This document shows positions 23,559-32,912 of a stretch of 57,525 nucleotides of DNA, piece after piece. Source of the DNA: Clostridia bacterium (GTDB lineage Bacteria > Bacillota > Clostridia > TANB77 > CAG-465); NCBI GenBank assembly GCA_045538335.1, contig JAZSRF010000082.1, positions 1 to 57,525 on the forward strand, given 5' to 3'. A program made the translations under genes and the position numbers. The notes beneath the pieces are model-generated. The model had not been told where the DNA came from and did no database searches. It saw only the letters and a program-made list of their open reading frames with translations. Position 1 is the stretch's first letter; each line of letters begins with the position of its first letter.

Positions 23559-25940
23559 ATGCGTTACGATTACCCCACTTTAAAGAAGCAGTATATTGAA
23601 ACTGCTAAAACCCTTTTTGGCAAGGAACTCTCCAAGCTTAGTCCGCATGAACTAAACGCCGTAATAGCAAGCGTTGTGAAGAAAGACATTGTAGCTACTA
23701 ATTTTAATAACTCCTTAAGTCTTTACTCTGAAAAGAAAATTGCTATTTATTTTTCCATAGAATTTTTACTTGGCCGTATTGTTCTTGATACTCTTGTTAA
23801 CACTGGTTTAATGGAAATGACAAGAAGTATTTTCAAAGAACAAGGTATAGACATTAACTCACTTGAGGAAGTCCCAGACACTGCCCTTGGCAATGGTGGT
23901 TTGGGTAGACTTGCAGCTTGCTTTATTGAATCTGCTGCAACTACTGGTTATCCTCTATTTGGTGCAGGACTTTATTATAACTATGGTCTATTCAAACAAA
24001 GTTTTGATGAAAATGGAAACCAAGTAGAGCTTAGAGATGATTGGACAAGTCATGGTGAACCTTGGTTTGAACCAAATCCAGATGATGCTGTAATTGTTGA
24101 ATTTCAAGATACTAAAGTAAAAGCTGTTCCATATATTTTACCTATTATAGGGTATAGTAAAAAAGATGATGAGTATCTTGGAAACAGCTTTCCGCTTACC
24201 TTATGGAAAGCAGAAGAAATAGATGGAACCAATGAATCCGCAAAGAAAATATCTGACTTTCTGTATCCTAAAGATGATACTGATGAAGGTAAAAAATTGC
24301 GCCTCAGACAAGAATACTTCTTTACAAGTGCAATGATGCAATATATTTTCAATATTCATTTGAAAAAGCATGGTAATTTAGATAATATCGAAGACTACTA
24401 TTGTTTTCAAATGAATGATACGCATCCTGTTCTTGCCTCTTTAGAGTTCATAAGACTTTTAAAACTTAATGGGTACTCATTTGAAGAAGCATCGGCAAAG
24501 GCAAAAAAATGTTTTGCCTATACCAATCATACCATTATGAGTGAAGCCTTGGAAAAGTGGCCTATCCTTATCTTTAAAGATATTCTTCCTAATATTTTTA
24601 AAGTAGTTGAAGAGCTTAACCAGCAGCTTATAAACGAACTCATTAGTAAGCCAGAATTCAATTTTACTAATATTATTGATGGTAAAACCATATATTATCC
24701 GAACTGGGAAAAAGTACGTGAGTATGAATTGTTCTCATATGGTTTAATTCATATGGCAAACATAGCAAGCTATGTAGCTATGAAAATCAACGGTGTTGCT
24801 GAAATTCATTCTGAAATTATAAAAAAATCTACACTTGCTAAGTGGTATAGATTGTATCCCGAAAAGTTTACAAACGTAACCAACGGTATTACTCCTCGCA
24901 GATGGTTAAAACTTGCTAATCCTACTCTTGCGAACTACTTAAATAGATATATTGGTCAGTATTGGCCTAGTGATTTGGCTAAGCTTAAACTTATGGAAGA
25001 CTCAATGGATATGAAGTATGTCCTTCCTGAATTTGCCATGGTAAAACAAGCTGCCAAACGCGACCTTGCCGACTATATCTTAAAGCAAGAAGGAATCGCT
25101 ATTGATCCGTTAAGCATAATCGATTGTCAAGTAAAAAGAATTCATGAATACAAACGTCAACTCATGAATGCCTTAAGAATTCTGTATATTTATGACGGTC
25201 TTAAAAAAGGTACTATCACTGACTTCTACAGTACTACATTCATTATTGGTGGTAAAGCAGCTTCTGGATATTCTGCTGCCAAGCAAATTATTGCTCTTAT
25301 TAAGGATATTCAAGAGTTAGTAAATAATGATCCAGATATGAATGGTAAAATGAAGGTGGTATTCTTAACCAATTTCAATGTAAGCTATGCTGAAAAAGTA
25401 TATGCAGGCGCTAACTTCTCTGAACAAATTAGTACAGCGGGTACTGAAGCGTCTGGAACTGGCAATATGAAATTCATGTTAAACGGTGCTCCTACCATTG
25501 GTACCTTAGATGGTGCAAACATTGAAATTGTCGAAGAAGCTGGTTCTAAAAACAACTATATCTTTGGCGCATCGGTTGAAGAAATCGGTCGTATTAGTCC
25601 TATCTACAACCACCGTTCTTTCCTTGATGCAAATAAAGACTTGGTTGAACTTCTATCCTACCTTAAGGGAGAACGTAATCTCAAGCGTTCCTATTGGGAT
25701 CTTGTTAATACTCTTCTTTACGATGATAGATACTTTGTAATGTATGACCTTCGCTCGTATATCGACACGACATTACGTGCCATCAAAGATTATGCTAAGG
25801 AACAAGCAACTGGTAATTTTTCTTATTACACTCGTAAAGCTTTCAAAAATGCAATTCGCGCAAGTAAGTTTTCTTCTGACAGGTCAATCGCAGACTATGT
25901 ATCCTTAATCTGGCATATTCAAAACGTATCAGATATGTAA
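23559..25940 (+). CDS. glgP: Glycogen/maltodextrin phosphorylase (GT35)
   Basis: GNGGLGRLAAC, TNHT, EASGTGNMKFMLNG (PLP lysine region). Start at ATG 23559 with GAAGGGAG SD. Confidence 0.93.
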   Translation: MRYDYPTLKKQYIETAKTLFGKELSKLSPHELNAVIASVVKKDIVATNFNNSLSLYSEKKIAIYFSIEFLLGRIVLDTLVNTGLMEMTRSIFKEQGIDINSLEEVPDTALGNGGLGRLAACFIESAATTGYPLFGAGLYYNYGLFKQSFDENGNQVELRDDWTSHGEPWFEPNPDDAVIVEFQDTKVKAVPYILPIIGYSKKDDEYLGNSFPLTLWKAEEIDGTNESAKKISDFLYPKDDTDEGKKLRLRQEYFFTSAMMQYIFNIHLKKHGNLDNIEDYYCFQMNDTHPVLASLEFIRLLKLNGYSFEEASAKAKKCFAYTNHTIMSEALEKWPILIFKDILPNIFKVVEELNQQLINELISKPEFNFTNIIDGKTIYYPNWEKVREYELFSYGLIHMANIASYVAMKINGVAEIHSEIIKKSTLAKWYRLYPEKFTNVTNGITPRRWLKLANPTLANYLNRYIGQYWPSDLAKLKLMEDSMDMKYVLPEFAMVKQAAKRDLADYILKQEGIAIDPLSIIDCQVKRIHEYKRQLMNALRILYIYDGLKKGTITDFYSTTFIIGGKAASGYSAAKQIIALIKDIQELVNNDPDMNGKMKVVFLTNFNVSYAEKVYAGANFSEQISTAGTEASGTGNMKFMLNGAPTIGTLDGANIEIVEEAGSKNNYIFGASVEEIGRISPIYNHRSFLDANKDLVELLSYLKGERNLKRSYWDLVNTLLYDDRYFVMYDLRSYIDTTLRAIKDYAKEQATGNFSYYTRKAFKNAIRASKFSSDRSIADYVSLIWHIQNVSDM

Positions 25941-25947
25941 CACTTAA

Positions 25948-25985
25948 CCTCCTTGGAATTAAAATTCCAAGGAGGCCTTTTATAT
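25948..25985 (+). terminator. glgP terminator
   Basis: CCTCCTTGGAAT/ATTCCAAGGAGG 12-bp stem followed by a T-rich tail. Confidence 0.65.
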
Positions 25986-26017
25986 TTTATTATCTCTTGT
26001 TTATATATTTACACATT

Positions 26018-26530
26018 CTATAGTCCCAAATATTCTTCTAATGTAAGATTATTACAACATATTTTCTTTGAGTGTTTTCTTCCAATATAACGCAAATGCC
26101 ATGGTTCATATTTATACCCTGTTATATCTTCTTTTCCTTTTGGATAGCGAATTATAAAGCCAAATTTATATGCATTTTTTTGTAACCATTTATCTTCTTT
26201 AGTCCCTATAAATTTATCACTATCTTCACAAATGTCTATTGCAAGTCCCGTTTGATGCTCTGAATGCCCTGGCTTTGCTGAAAATGTATTTGTCTTCTCT
26301 TCTCCAAATTCTTTCACATATATATTGTATATTTTCTCTTGGTAATCATAACTCCTAAAGCCTGATATAATCCTTAATTTTGCTCCATCTTTTAGTGCAC
26401 ATATCTTCATTAAGTAATATGCTATAAGAAGCTTTTTACTGAGTCCTGGATTATAATCTTTAGGTAATCCTATATCCTTATTTACAATTAATATTCCATT
26501 TACATATGTTGGTTTTACCACTATTATCAC
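26018..26530 (-). CDS. M15B (VanY-type) D-alanyl-D-alanine carboxypeptidase family protein
   Basis: SGFRSYDYQ, HSEHQTGLAIDI, YEPWHLRY. Confidence 0.8.
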   Translation of the reverse strand: MIIVVKPTYVNGILIVNKDIGLPKDYNPGLSKKLLIAYYLMKICALKDGAKLRIISGFRSYDYQEKIYNIYVKEFGEEKTNTFSAKPGHSEHQTGLAIDICEDSDKFIGTKEDKWLQKNAYKFGFIIRYPKGKEDITGYKYEPWHLRYIGRKHSKKICCNNLTLEEYLGL

Positions 26531-26613
26531 CCATATAATTTTATGATTATATAAAGCAACTTATCACATAAAGAATACGTTTATCATAAGATAAAGTATT
26601 AAGGAGGATAAAA

Positions 26614-27261
26614 ATGGCTACTATACTAGTATATAACCAAGATACAAACAAAATAGAAAGATATAACCGTGGACCAAATGAAGCTATGCCATATGTTACA
26701 GGCAATACACTAACAGTAAAGGAATTTAGAGGAAGTTCTGGTTCAGATATAATGTGGACAACTAAAGCATTTATGGAAGCTTGGAATTCTCTTAGAAGAC
26801 AATGGGGCAAACCAATTTATGTGGGTTATGCATTTAAAAGAATATGGCAAGGCGGACATTCTGGAATGTCTCAACATTATGCTGGTCTTGCAATGGATAT
26901 GGCTCAAACTTTTTCAAATAGTGAAAGAAATAGATTAAGAGAACTTGCAATAGATTCGAGACTTTTTACTTATGTTGAACCTAAAGCTTTAACACCGACA
27001 TGGGTACATATAGACAAAAGATATGGTACACCCGCCTGCCCTACTGGTGGTTATCCTGTAATACGCCAAGGAACACGTGGAGTATATGTTATGGTTCTTC
27101 AAGATGCTCTAAATTATTTAGGCTACAATACTGGAAGTATTGATGGAATATTTGGACCTAATACAAGAGCTGCTGTAGTCAGATTCCAACGTGCTAACAA
27201 CCTATCCGCTGACGGTATTGTTGGCTGTAATACTTGGAGACGACTTACAAATAAGTTTTAA
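26614..27261 (+). CDS. M15-like zinc peptidase domain fused to a peptidoglycan-binding (PG_binding_1) domain
   Basis: HSGMSQHYAGLAMDM...WVHID. C-terminal VMVLQDALNYLGYNTGSIDGIFGPNTRAAVVRFQRANNLSADGIVGCNTW. Confidence 0.7.
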   Translation: MATILVYNQDTNKIERYNRGPNEAMPYVTGNTLTVKEFRGSSGSDIMWTTKAFMEAWNSLRRQWGKPIYVGYAFKRIWQGGHSGMSQHYAGLAMDMAQTFSNSERNRLRELAIDSRLFTYVEPKALTPTWVHIDKRYGTPACPTGGYPVIRQGTRGVYVMVLQDALNYLGYNTGSIDGIFGPNTRAAVVRFQRANNLSADGIVGCNTWRRLTNKF

Positions 27262-27304
27262 CAAAAAAAGTGTGCATCCATTCGGATACACACCTTTTTT
27301 GTTA

Positions 27305-27979
27305 TTAGACATCAGGTTCAAGATACATTGCATTAATGTACTGGTTCCAGAAATCATAGAACGTAGCTACTGTACTATCGTACCATTGCATAAGGCCATC
27401 TTCTCCCGCCTGGTACTCATACTTAAATTCACTACTAAAAAGCCTATCTGTATAGATGTTATGCGCATTACAATTAGAAAGCGCCATAGCAAAACCGTAT
27501 TTTGTATAGCCATCGCCCCAAGCAATCGTTCTAATTTCTACACGATATGCACCCAAGACGATTTCTACACCCTTATTTTTCTGTTTCCATTCTTCGAATG
27601 TAGGTAAATTAAAACGTCTTACTTTGTAAGTAACCTTTTCTGCTTTTGAAGTATTTTTACATACCTTAATATTCGGATTATACCAATAAACCAAATAGCA
27701 AGGATTTTTTACATCGTAAAAATACGGTACAAGTACCAATGCTGGTTTGGAACTATCTACAAATTCCTTTCCAAGAGCTATTTTTTCATCTTGAACAAAG
27801 AATATTCCTTTGTGAGTATATTTATTTGTCCATTCCAACTCATTGCATACGCACTCTTCTACGCAAACTCGAATATTTTTTCGAACAACATTTTCGAAGA
27901 GCCACAGTTTATATACTCTGGGGAGCTCCTCTTTTGCGCTTTCGGATAAAGCCTTAATTACCCATTCCCACCGTGTCAT
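27305..27979 (-). CDS. Hypothetical protein, 224 aa, Trp/Tyr-rich orphan
   Basis: AGGAGG-N7-ATG at 27979. Own TTGATT-17-TATAAT promoter overlapping the ABC-operon terminator hairpin. No motif recognised. Confidence 0.55.
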   Translation of the reverse strand: MTRWEWVIKALSESAKEELPRVYKLWLFENVVRKNIRVCVEECVCNELEWTNKYTHKGIFFVQDEKIALGKEFVDSSKPALVLVPYFYDVKNPCYLVYWYNPNIKVCKNTSKAEKVTYKVRRFNLPTFEEWKQKNKGVEIVLGAYRVEIRTIAWGDGYTKYGFAMALSNCNAHNIYTDRLFSSEFKYEYQAGEDGLMQWYDSTVATFYDFWNQYINAMYLEPDV

Positions 27980-28086
27980 ATTACATCCTCCTAAAATAAT
28001 TATTTTTTGGTAATGTTTATTTGCTAGAAATATTATACCACAGCAGTTCACATAAATCAAGAAATGCTGTGGTATTCACTATTTTA

Positions 28087-28848
28087 TTAAGAACCCGTAC
28101 TTTTATATTTTTTCATTCCAGCATTAAATATTAAACAAGCTGGTATTAGAGTTAGTACACTAAGTAGTGGTAAGAATATGTACCATAAGTTATTTGATGC
28201 TCCTGTTATATATAGCATAGGGAAATATGACGTAAGTCCTATTGGCACTAGATATGTAAAGAATATTCTTACTGCTTTATTATATATTCCTATTGGGTAT
28301 TGTGCAAAGTCTCTTGTGCCATATATAAATATATTAACTACCTCTAATCCTTCTATAGTAACAAAGCATAATGCCGCTCCCATTATTAATACAGAACCAA
28401 ATACTATACTACTTCCTAAAAGCATTATTATAATCGTTCCTATATGTACTACACTTATTTGTAGTTTAATATATGCATAAACTAATAGTATTAGAGATAT
28501 TATACATTTAACAAATTTTGAAAGTTCTACCTTGTATCCTATAACCTGCAGATATATATTTTGTGGTCTTACTAAAAGTTGGTCTAAATGTCCGTGCTTT
28601 ATTATTTCTGAGAATTTATCAAAACCTCGTAGAAGACCTTCAGCAAAACTTTCTCCAAATTGTACAACTGAAAAACAGAGTATTACTTGGTATATATTGA
28701 AAGATTTTACTATTCCAAATTTATCGAACAAGGAGTAAAATACTACACAATATACAAAGAATGCTATTAGTTGTGCAATTACTAGAAATATAAACGAGCT
28801 TTTATATTCTAGTTGTGATTTAATATGCATAGATATATATTTTAACAT
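28087..28848 (-). CDS. ABC-2-type permease (uncharacterised ABC system, permease 2)
   Basis: 253 aa, about 6 TM. Last gene of a 3-gene ATPase-permease-permease unit with 1-4 nt junctions. Confidence 0.7.
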   Translation of the reverse strand: MLKYISMHIKSQLEYKSSFIFLVIAQLIAFFVYCVVFYSLFDKFGIVKSFNIYQVILCFSVVQFGESFAEGLLRGFDKFSEIIKHGHLDQLLVRPQNIYLQVIGYKVELSKFVKCIISLILLVYAYIKLQISVVHIGTIIIMLLGSSIVFGSVLIMGAALCFVTIEGLEVVNIFIYGTRDFAQYPIGIYNKAVRIFFTYLVPIGLTSYFPMLYITGASNNLWYIFLPLLSVLTLIPACLIFNAGMKKYKSTGS

Positions 28849-28849
28849 T

Positions 28850-29653
28850 CTAACCTCCTTGTATATACACTTTTTTCATAGCATACTTTAGTATTAACAT
28901 TCCTATTATTACTAAAGCTACTATCCAAAATATTTGTAGTCCTAAAAATTTATAACTAGCCATAAGGGTTATATCCCCAGAGTATATTCTAAATGGCAAA
29001 TCACCTATTAGCCAGAACGGGAAAAAGTGACATATTGTTTGTACTATCTTAGGTAGTAATGGTAGTGGCAAACTTGTACCACTTAAAAGTTCAGCAAAGT
29101 TAAATATTATATTACTTATTCCTTTATCTTCATAGGTAAAGAATGTTATTGTTTGTATTATCATCATAATGCTTGTTATAATTAAAGCCCCAAGCAATAA
29201 GTTAATTGCAAACATTGCAAATGTTCCAAAAGATGATGGTAATATTAGATTGTATGGTGCTGGTAAAACTACCGCTATTAAAAGTATTGGCATACATCTT
29301 AAAGAAACTGCTGCAAACTTTTGTGCAATACACTTTACAAACCACCATACATATATGTTATATGGTCTAACTAGTTCGTAGGCTACCGTTCCGTTTTTTA
29401 TGCTTTTTGCTACACTATCATCTTTATTTCGTATATATACTAGCGCTAAGAAGGCTTGTTGAAGCCATACGTAAGCAACTAACTTTTCAAAATCCATTGG
29501 CGTGTCTTGTCCAACACCAGTATAGAAAGCCTGGTAGATAAATATCTGTAAAAACCCCCAGAAAAATTGTGTAAATATTCCAGCTAGTGCCGCTGTTTTG
29601 TACTGTAAACTTGAAGTCAAAACTGTTTTAAAATAACTTAAATATCCCTTCAT
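28850..29653 (-). CDS. ABC-2-type permease (uncharacterised ABC system, permease 1)
   Basis: 267 aa, about 6 TM. Overlaps the ATPase stop by 4 nt. Confidence 0.7.
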   Translation of the reverse strand: MKGYLSYFKTVLTSSLQYKTAALAGIFTQFFWGFLQIFIYQAFYTGVGQDTPMDFEKLVAYVWLQQAFLALVYIRNKDDSVAKSIKNGTVAYELVRPYNIYVWWFVKCIAQKFAAVSLRCMPILLIAVVLPAPYNLILPSSFGTFAMFAINLLLGALIITSIMMIIQTITFFTYEDKGISNIIFNFAELLSGTSLPLPLLPKIVQTICHFFPFWLIGDLPFRIYSGDITLMASYKFLGLQIFWIVALVIIGMLILKYAMKKVYIQGG

Positions 29654-30630
29654 ATCTCATACTCCTTATACATTTGAAGTATAATATTATCTATGTTGTT
29701 TTCGTGAATATTTACATCTTGTATTTGACACACTCTACTATACTTTTCTATTATGTTAGATATGCTTTCACACTCGCTATTTCCTACTTCTATTAATGCT
29801 TTACTATCGTCTTGCTCTAATATTTTAGACTGTATTTCCGGTCTCATTTTTAAATTAGTATATACTATCTCTAGTTTTTTTGTTGATTGGAATTTTGATT
29901 TAATTTTTCTTAAGTCTCCATCATATAGCAATTTGCCTTTCCCTATAACGACTACTCTTTTAGCTAATTCTTCAATGTCTGTCATATCGTGTGTTGTTAA
30001 AATAATAGTTGTCTTTTTCTCTTTATTTAAATCTTTTACAAATTGTCTAAGCTGAACTTTTGAAACTGCATCTAACCCTATCGTGGGTTCATCTAAGAAT
30101 AAAATATCTGGATTATGTAACAGTGCTGCGGCGAGTTCACATCTCATTCTCTGCCCCAGACTTAATTGTCTTACTGGTACATCTAATAAATTTTGTAGAT
30201 TTAATTTGTCTATTAACTCTTCCTTTGTTTTTTCGTACTCATCTTGTGGTACTTTGTATATTGCCTTTAGTAATTCGAATGATTCAATTACTGGTATGTC
30301 CCACCATAGTTGCGATTTTTGACCAAATACAACACCAATTCTAGATACATATTCCTTTCTGTTTTTAAAAGGATTTATGCCATCAATACTAATGTCACCA
30401 CTGTCCGGTTGTAATATTCCACATAACATCTTAATTGTTGTAGACTTACCGGCTCCGTTTGGTCCAATGAATCCAAGGATTTCTCCCTTGTCTATACCGA
30501 ACGAGATATCGTCTACCGCTTTAACTATTCGGTACTTTGGTTTAACAAATGCTTTAATTGCACTTAATAAACCTTTGTCTCTTACCTTAATTTTAAAGTG
30601 TTTGGTAAGATTATGCACATTAATATACAT
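29650..30630 (-). CDS. ABC transporter ATP-binding protein
   Basis: Walker A GPNGAGKST, signature LSLGQRMR, Walker B ILFLDEPT, H-loop TTHDM. Start at MYINVH. Confidence 0.9.
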   Translation of the reverse strand: MYINVHNLTKHFKIKVRDKGLLSAIKAFVKPKYRIVKAVDDISFGIDKGEILGFIGPNGAGKSTTIKMLCGILQPDSGDISIDGINPFKNRKEYVSRIGVVFGQKSQLWWDIPVIESFELLKAIYKVPQDEYEKTKEELIDKLNLQNLLDVPVRQLSLGQRMRCELAAALLHNPDILFLDEPTIGLDAVSKVQLRQFVKDLNKEKKTTIILTTHDMTDIEELAKRVVVIGKGKLLYDGDLRKIKSKFQSTKKLEIVYTNLKMRPEIQSKILEQDDSKALIEVGNSECESISNIIEKYSRVCQIQDVNIHENNIDNIILQMYKEYEI

Positions 30631-30907
30631 TAAAACACCTTCTTTCCCACGCAAAAAACACATTACCTAAAGGTAACTATTAGATTTAATCTCTTTCGTT
30701 CTCTATAAGTAATGTGTTTAACAACGTAAAAATAATGTTATCACAAATAAAAATAAAAGTAAATAGTTTTATGAAAAATTATTAAAATTTCTTGTTGAAT
30801 TTGTATTTGCATAAATTATAGCTTGTTATATGCAACAAACAAGCACCAGAAATTTTCTGATGCTTGTTAATATATTACTTCTTTCTACTTACTTTGTTTA
30901 CAGTGAG

Positions 30908-31540
30908 TTACTTTTTCTTCTTGGTTTTTAAGGACTGACGAATATATCTCCATGCATCATAAGTTACATCAGAAATAATAATACCTTCACCCTCTATAAA
31001 ATCAATAAAAGGATGTAATACCATAAATGTAACAAGAATTACAAATTTAATCCACAACTTTATGGGGAGTAGAAAATCTATTACAACAAATGCAGCAAAC
31101 ATTATTGTATTGAACAAAAGCGGCATATTATTTCTAACATTAGGTTTACGCAAGAAGATGTTGTTTCCTGTACAGTCAGGTGCAATAAGGACTGCTACCG
31201 TGGTTATAGCGGATGTAATTATAGCCCACTTAATATTTACAATAGCTGCAATAATAAACATTACCACGTGTCCGCCAAAATATAAACACGCACGAATATA
31301 TGCCTCAGTTGGATTATTATATGCAATATCATCAATGTAGCAAGCCCCTTGATATACAACCGTCAAATAATGTATTGTTCCTAATATAGAAAAAATAGTT
31401 CCTATCTCAGGGCACAACCACCACACAAGCATAATGTTAATTGCATATGCTAATGTATAATACCACTGTTCATTTCCTTCACCTGTGAAACCGTACTTAC
31501 CTCCAACAATAAATTGGTAGAAATAAAGTAATTTCCTCAT
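30908..31540 (-). CDS. Hypothetical integral membrane protein (5-6 TM), third gene of the orphan cluster
   Basis: 210-aa hydrophobic ORF with a Lys-rich tail. Starts 25 nt after the upstream ORF. Confidence 0.5.
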   Translation of the reverse strand: MRKLLYFYQFIVGGKYGFTGEGNEQWYYTLAYAINIMLVWWLCPEIGTIFSILGTIHYLTVVYQGACYIDDIAYNNPTEAYIRACLYFGGHVVMFIIAAIVNIKWAIITSAITTVAVLIAPDCTGNNIFLRKPNVRNNMPLLFNTIMFAAFVVIDFLLPIKLWIKFVILVTFMVLHPFIDFIEGEGIIISDVTYDAWRYIRQSLKTKKKK

Positions 31541-31565
31541 ATTACTGTTGCCTCCTTATATTGGT

Positions 31566-32522
31566 TTAGTTCTCAAAACACGCCATTCTTTTTTCCATAA
31601 TTTCAACTTCATTTTCAGATATTACCCATTCTTTATACTCATAGGCATCATCTCCATCATATTCATCCTGGAAGGTACACCTTCTAGAAAAACATCTTGC
31701 CTCGCTATCAGATACACTACACCTAATACCCAAATCGCGTATTTCATCTGCATTATGCTTTAAAGGAAGAAGAAATTTAAATTCTTCTAATTCAAAAAAC
31801 TTTAAATAGTTTGCAAATGCCAATGTATTAACGTCCCAATTAGAAATTTGAAAGCCACCTTTGTTTTCTCTAATAAGGTTACACACCACCTGTATTGCAT
31901 GATTATACAATTTACAGAATATTTCAGCTGTACCTTGTTCATCAATACATTTTGCAATGTTTCTCTTAAATACATATTCATCTATATCTCTACATTGTCC
32001 TGGCCATCTGTTTTGTTTTATTTCCCTATTTACATACTTTTTAATAAGTTCATCTACAAATACAGCTGCCACTTTCTTTGCAACACTTAACTGTTCTTGT
32101 GAAACAGGTTTTGTTTGTAATTTATTAGGTGAATTTTTCTGAAACTTTGCATCAATAACTCTGTGAAAAACATTTTGTTGCATGGTATACCAATTTAATT
32201 GTACCTCTGAACAAACTGAAGGTTTAGACAAATTATATGTAGGTCTTGCTACCGAACCGTCTCTATACATGTATCCTTCTATACTATTTCTAGTACAACT
32301 AGCTAATGCATTTGCTTTTGCAATTATATCTTCAAAACTTTCATCTTCTACTACATACTCGTAAGAAAGCACTTTGAGTTCATCCACGTTTATCTTCTTT
32401 AACGTTTCATTTATAATTGCAAAATACTGCTTTTCTGTTACAGGTTTAGTAATACCTTTCGACAACAAGTGATAAAAAAGATTTACTAACAACCGTTCAT
32501 GTTTCAATACAACTTTTTGCAT
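31566..32522 (-). CDS. Hypothetical protein, 318 aa, Cys-rich, second gene of the orphan cluster
   Basis: AAGGAG-N8-ATG at 32522. No motif recognised. Confidence 0.55.
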   Translation of the reverse strand: MQKVVLKHERLLVNLFYHLLSKGITKPVTEKQYFAIINETLKKINVDELKVLSYEYVVEDESFEDIIAKANALASCTRNSIEGYMYRDGSVARPTYNLSKPSVCSEVQLNWYTMQQNVFHRVIDAKFQKNSPNKLQTKPVSQEQLSVAKKVAAVFVDELIKKYVNREIKQNRWPGQCRDIDEYVFKRNIAKCIDEQGTAEIFCKLYNHAIQVVCNLIRENKGGFQISNWDVNTLAFANYLKFFELEEFKFLLPLKHNADEIRDLGIRCSVSDSEARCFSRRCTFQDEYDGDDAYEYKEWVISENEVEIMEKRMACFEN

Positions 32523-32590
32523 AACATACACTCCTTGCACACAAATATTATTAAGATATATTTTGTATTGCTTTTAAGTAATGCTAATAC

Positions 32591-32782
32591 TTATTTCTTC
32601 TTGGACCTATAGATTGGTCCTCTAGGCCTACCAGGGTCTTTTTCGGTAATAACACGATACTTTCTTGCGTCTGCAAAGCAGTTGTTTTGGTATTTTTCAG
32701 CATCTGAACTTATCTCAATTATACGTGGTTGCTCCCAGCTTCTATCCTTAATTCCTCTTGCCAATTTTTCTATCGAATCCAT
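32591..32782 (-). CDS. Hypothetical small basic protein, 63 aa, first gene of the orphan cluster
   Basis: AAGGAGAG SD. Arg/Lys-rich C-terminus (GRPRGPIYRSKKK). Confidence 0.4.
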   Translation of the reverse strand: MDSIEKLARGIKDRSWEQPRIIEISSDAEKYQNNCFADARKYRVITEKDPGRPRGPIYRSKKK

Positions 32783-32861
32783 AAATTACACTCTCCTTAA
32801 ATAATTATTTTTAGAATTAATCTAGTATCGAGTATAATTATATCATATTTGTCAATATCAT

Positions 32862-32890
32862 TTGACAAACATTTGTTTATGTGCTATACT
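32862..32890 (+). promoter_or_regulatory. rmuC promoter
   Basis: TTGACA(32862..32867)-17 nt-TATACT(32885..32890), with TGc extended -10. The -35 lies inside a 22-bp palindrome. Confidence 0.55.
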
Positions 32891-32912
32891 AGTTTTACTT
32901 GAGGTGAAATAT

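Noticed and set aside
26547-26810. An 87-aa minus-strand ORF overlapping the start of the M15/PG-binding gene.
   Set aside because: It is antisense to a motif-supported gene and has neither an SD nor recognisable features.
30657-30716. A long-range stem ACACATTAC...GTAATGTGT in the 5' leader of the ABC operon as a possible riboswitch.
   Set aside because: It is only ~60 nt and I recognise no conserved riboswitch core. It may be a simple leader hairpin, and there is not enough evidence to call it.
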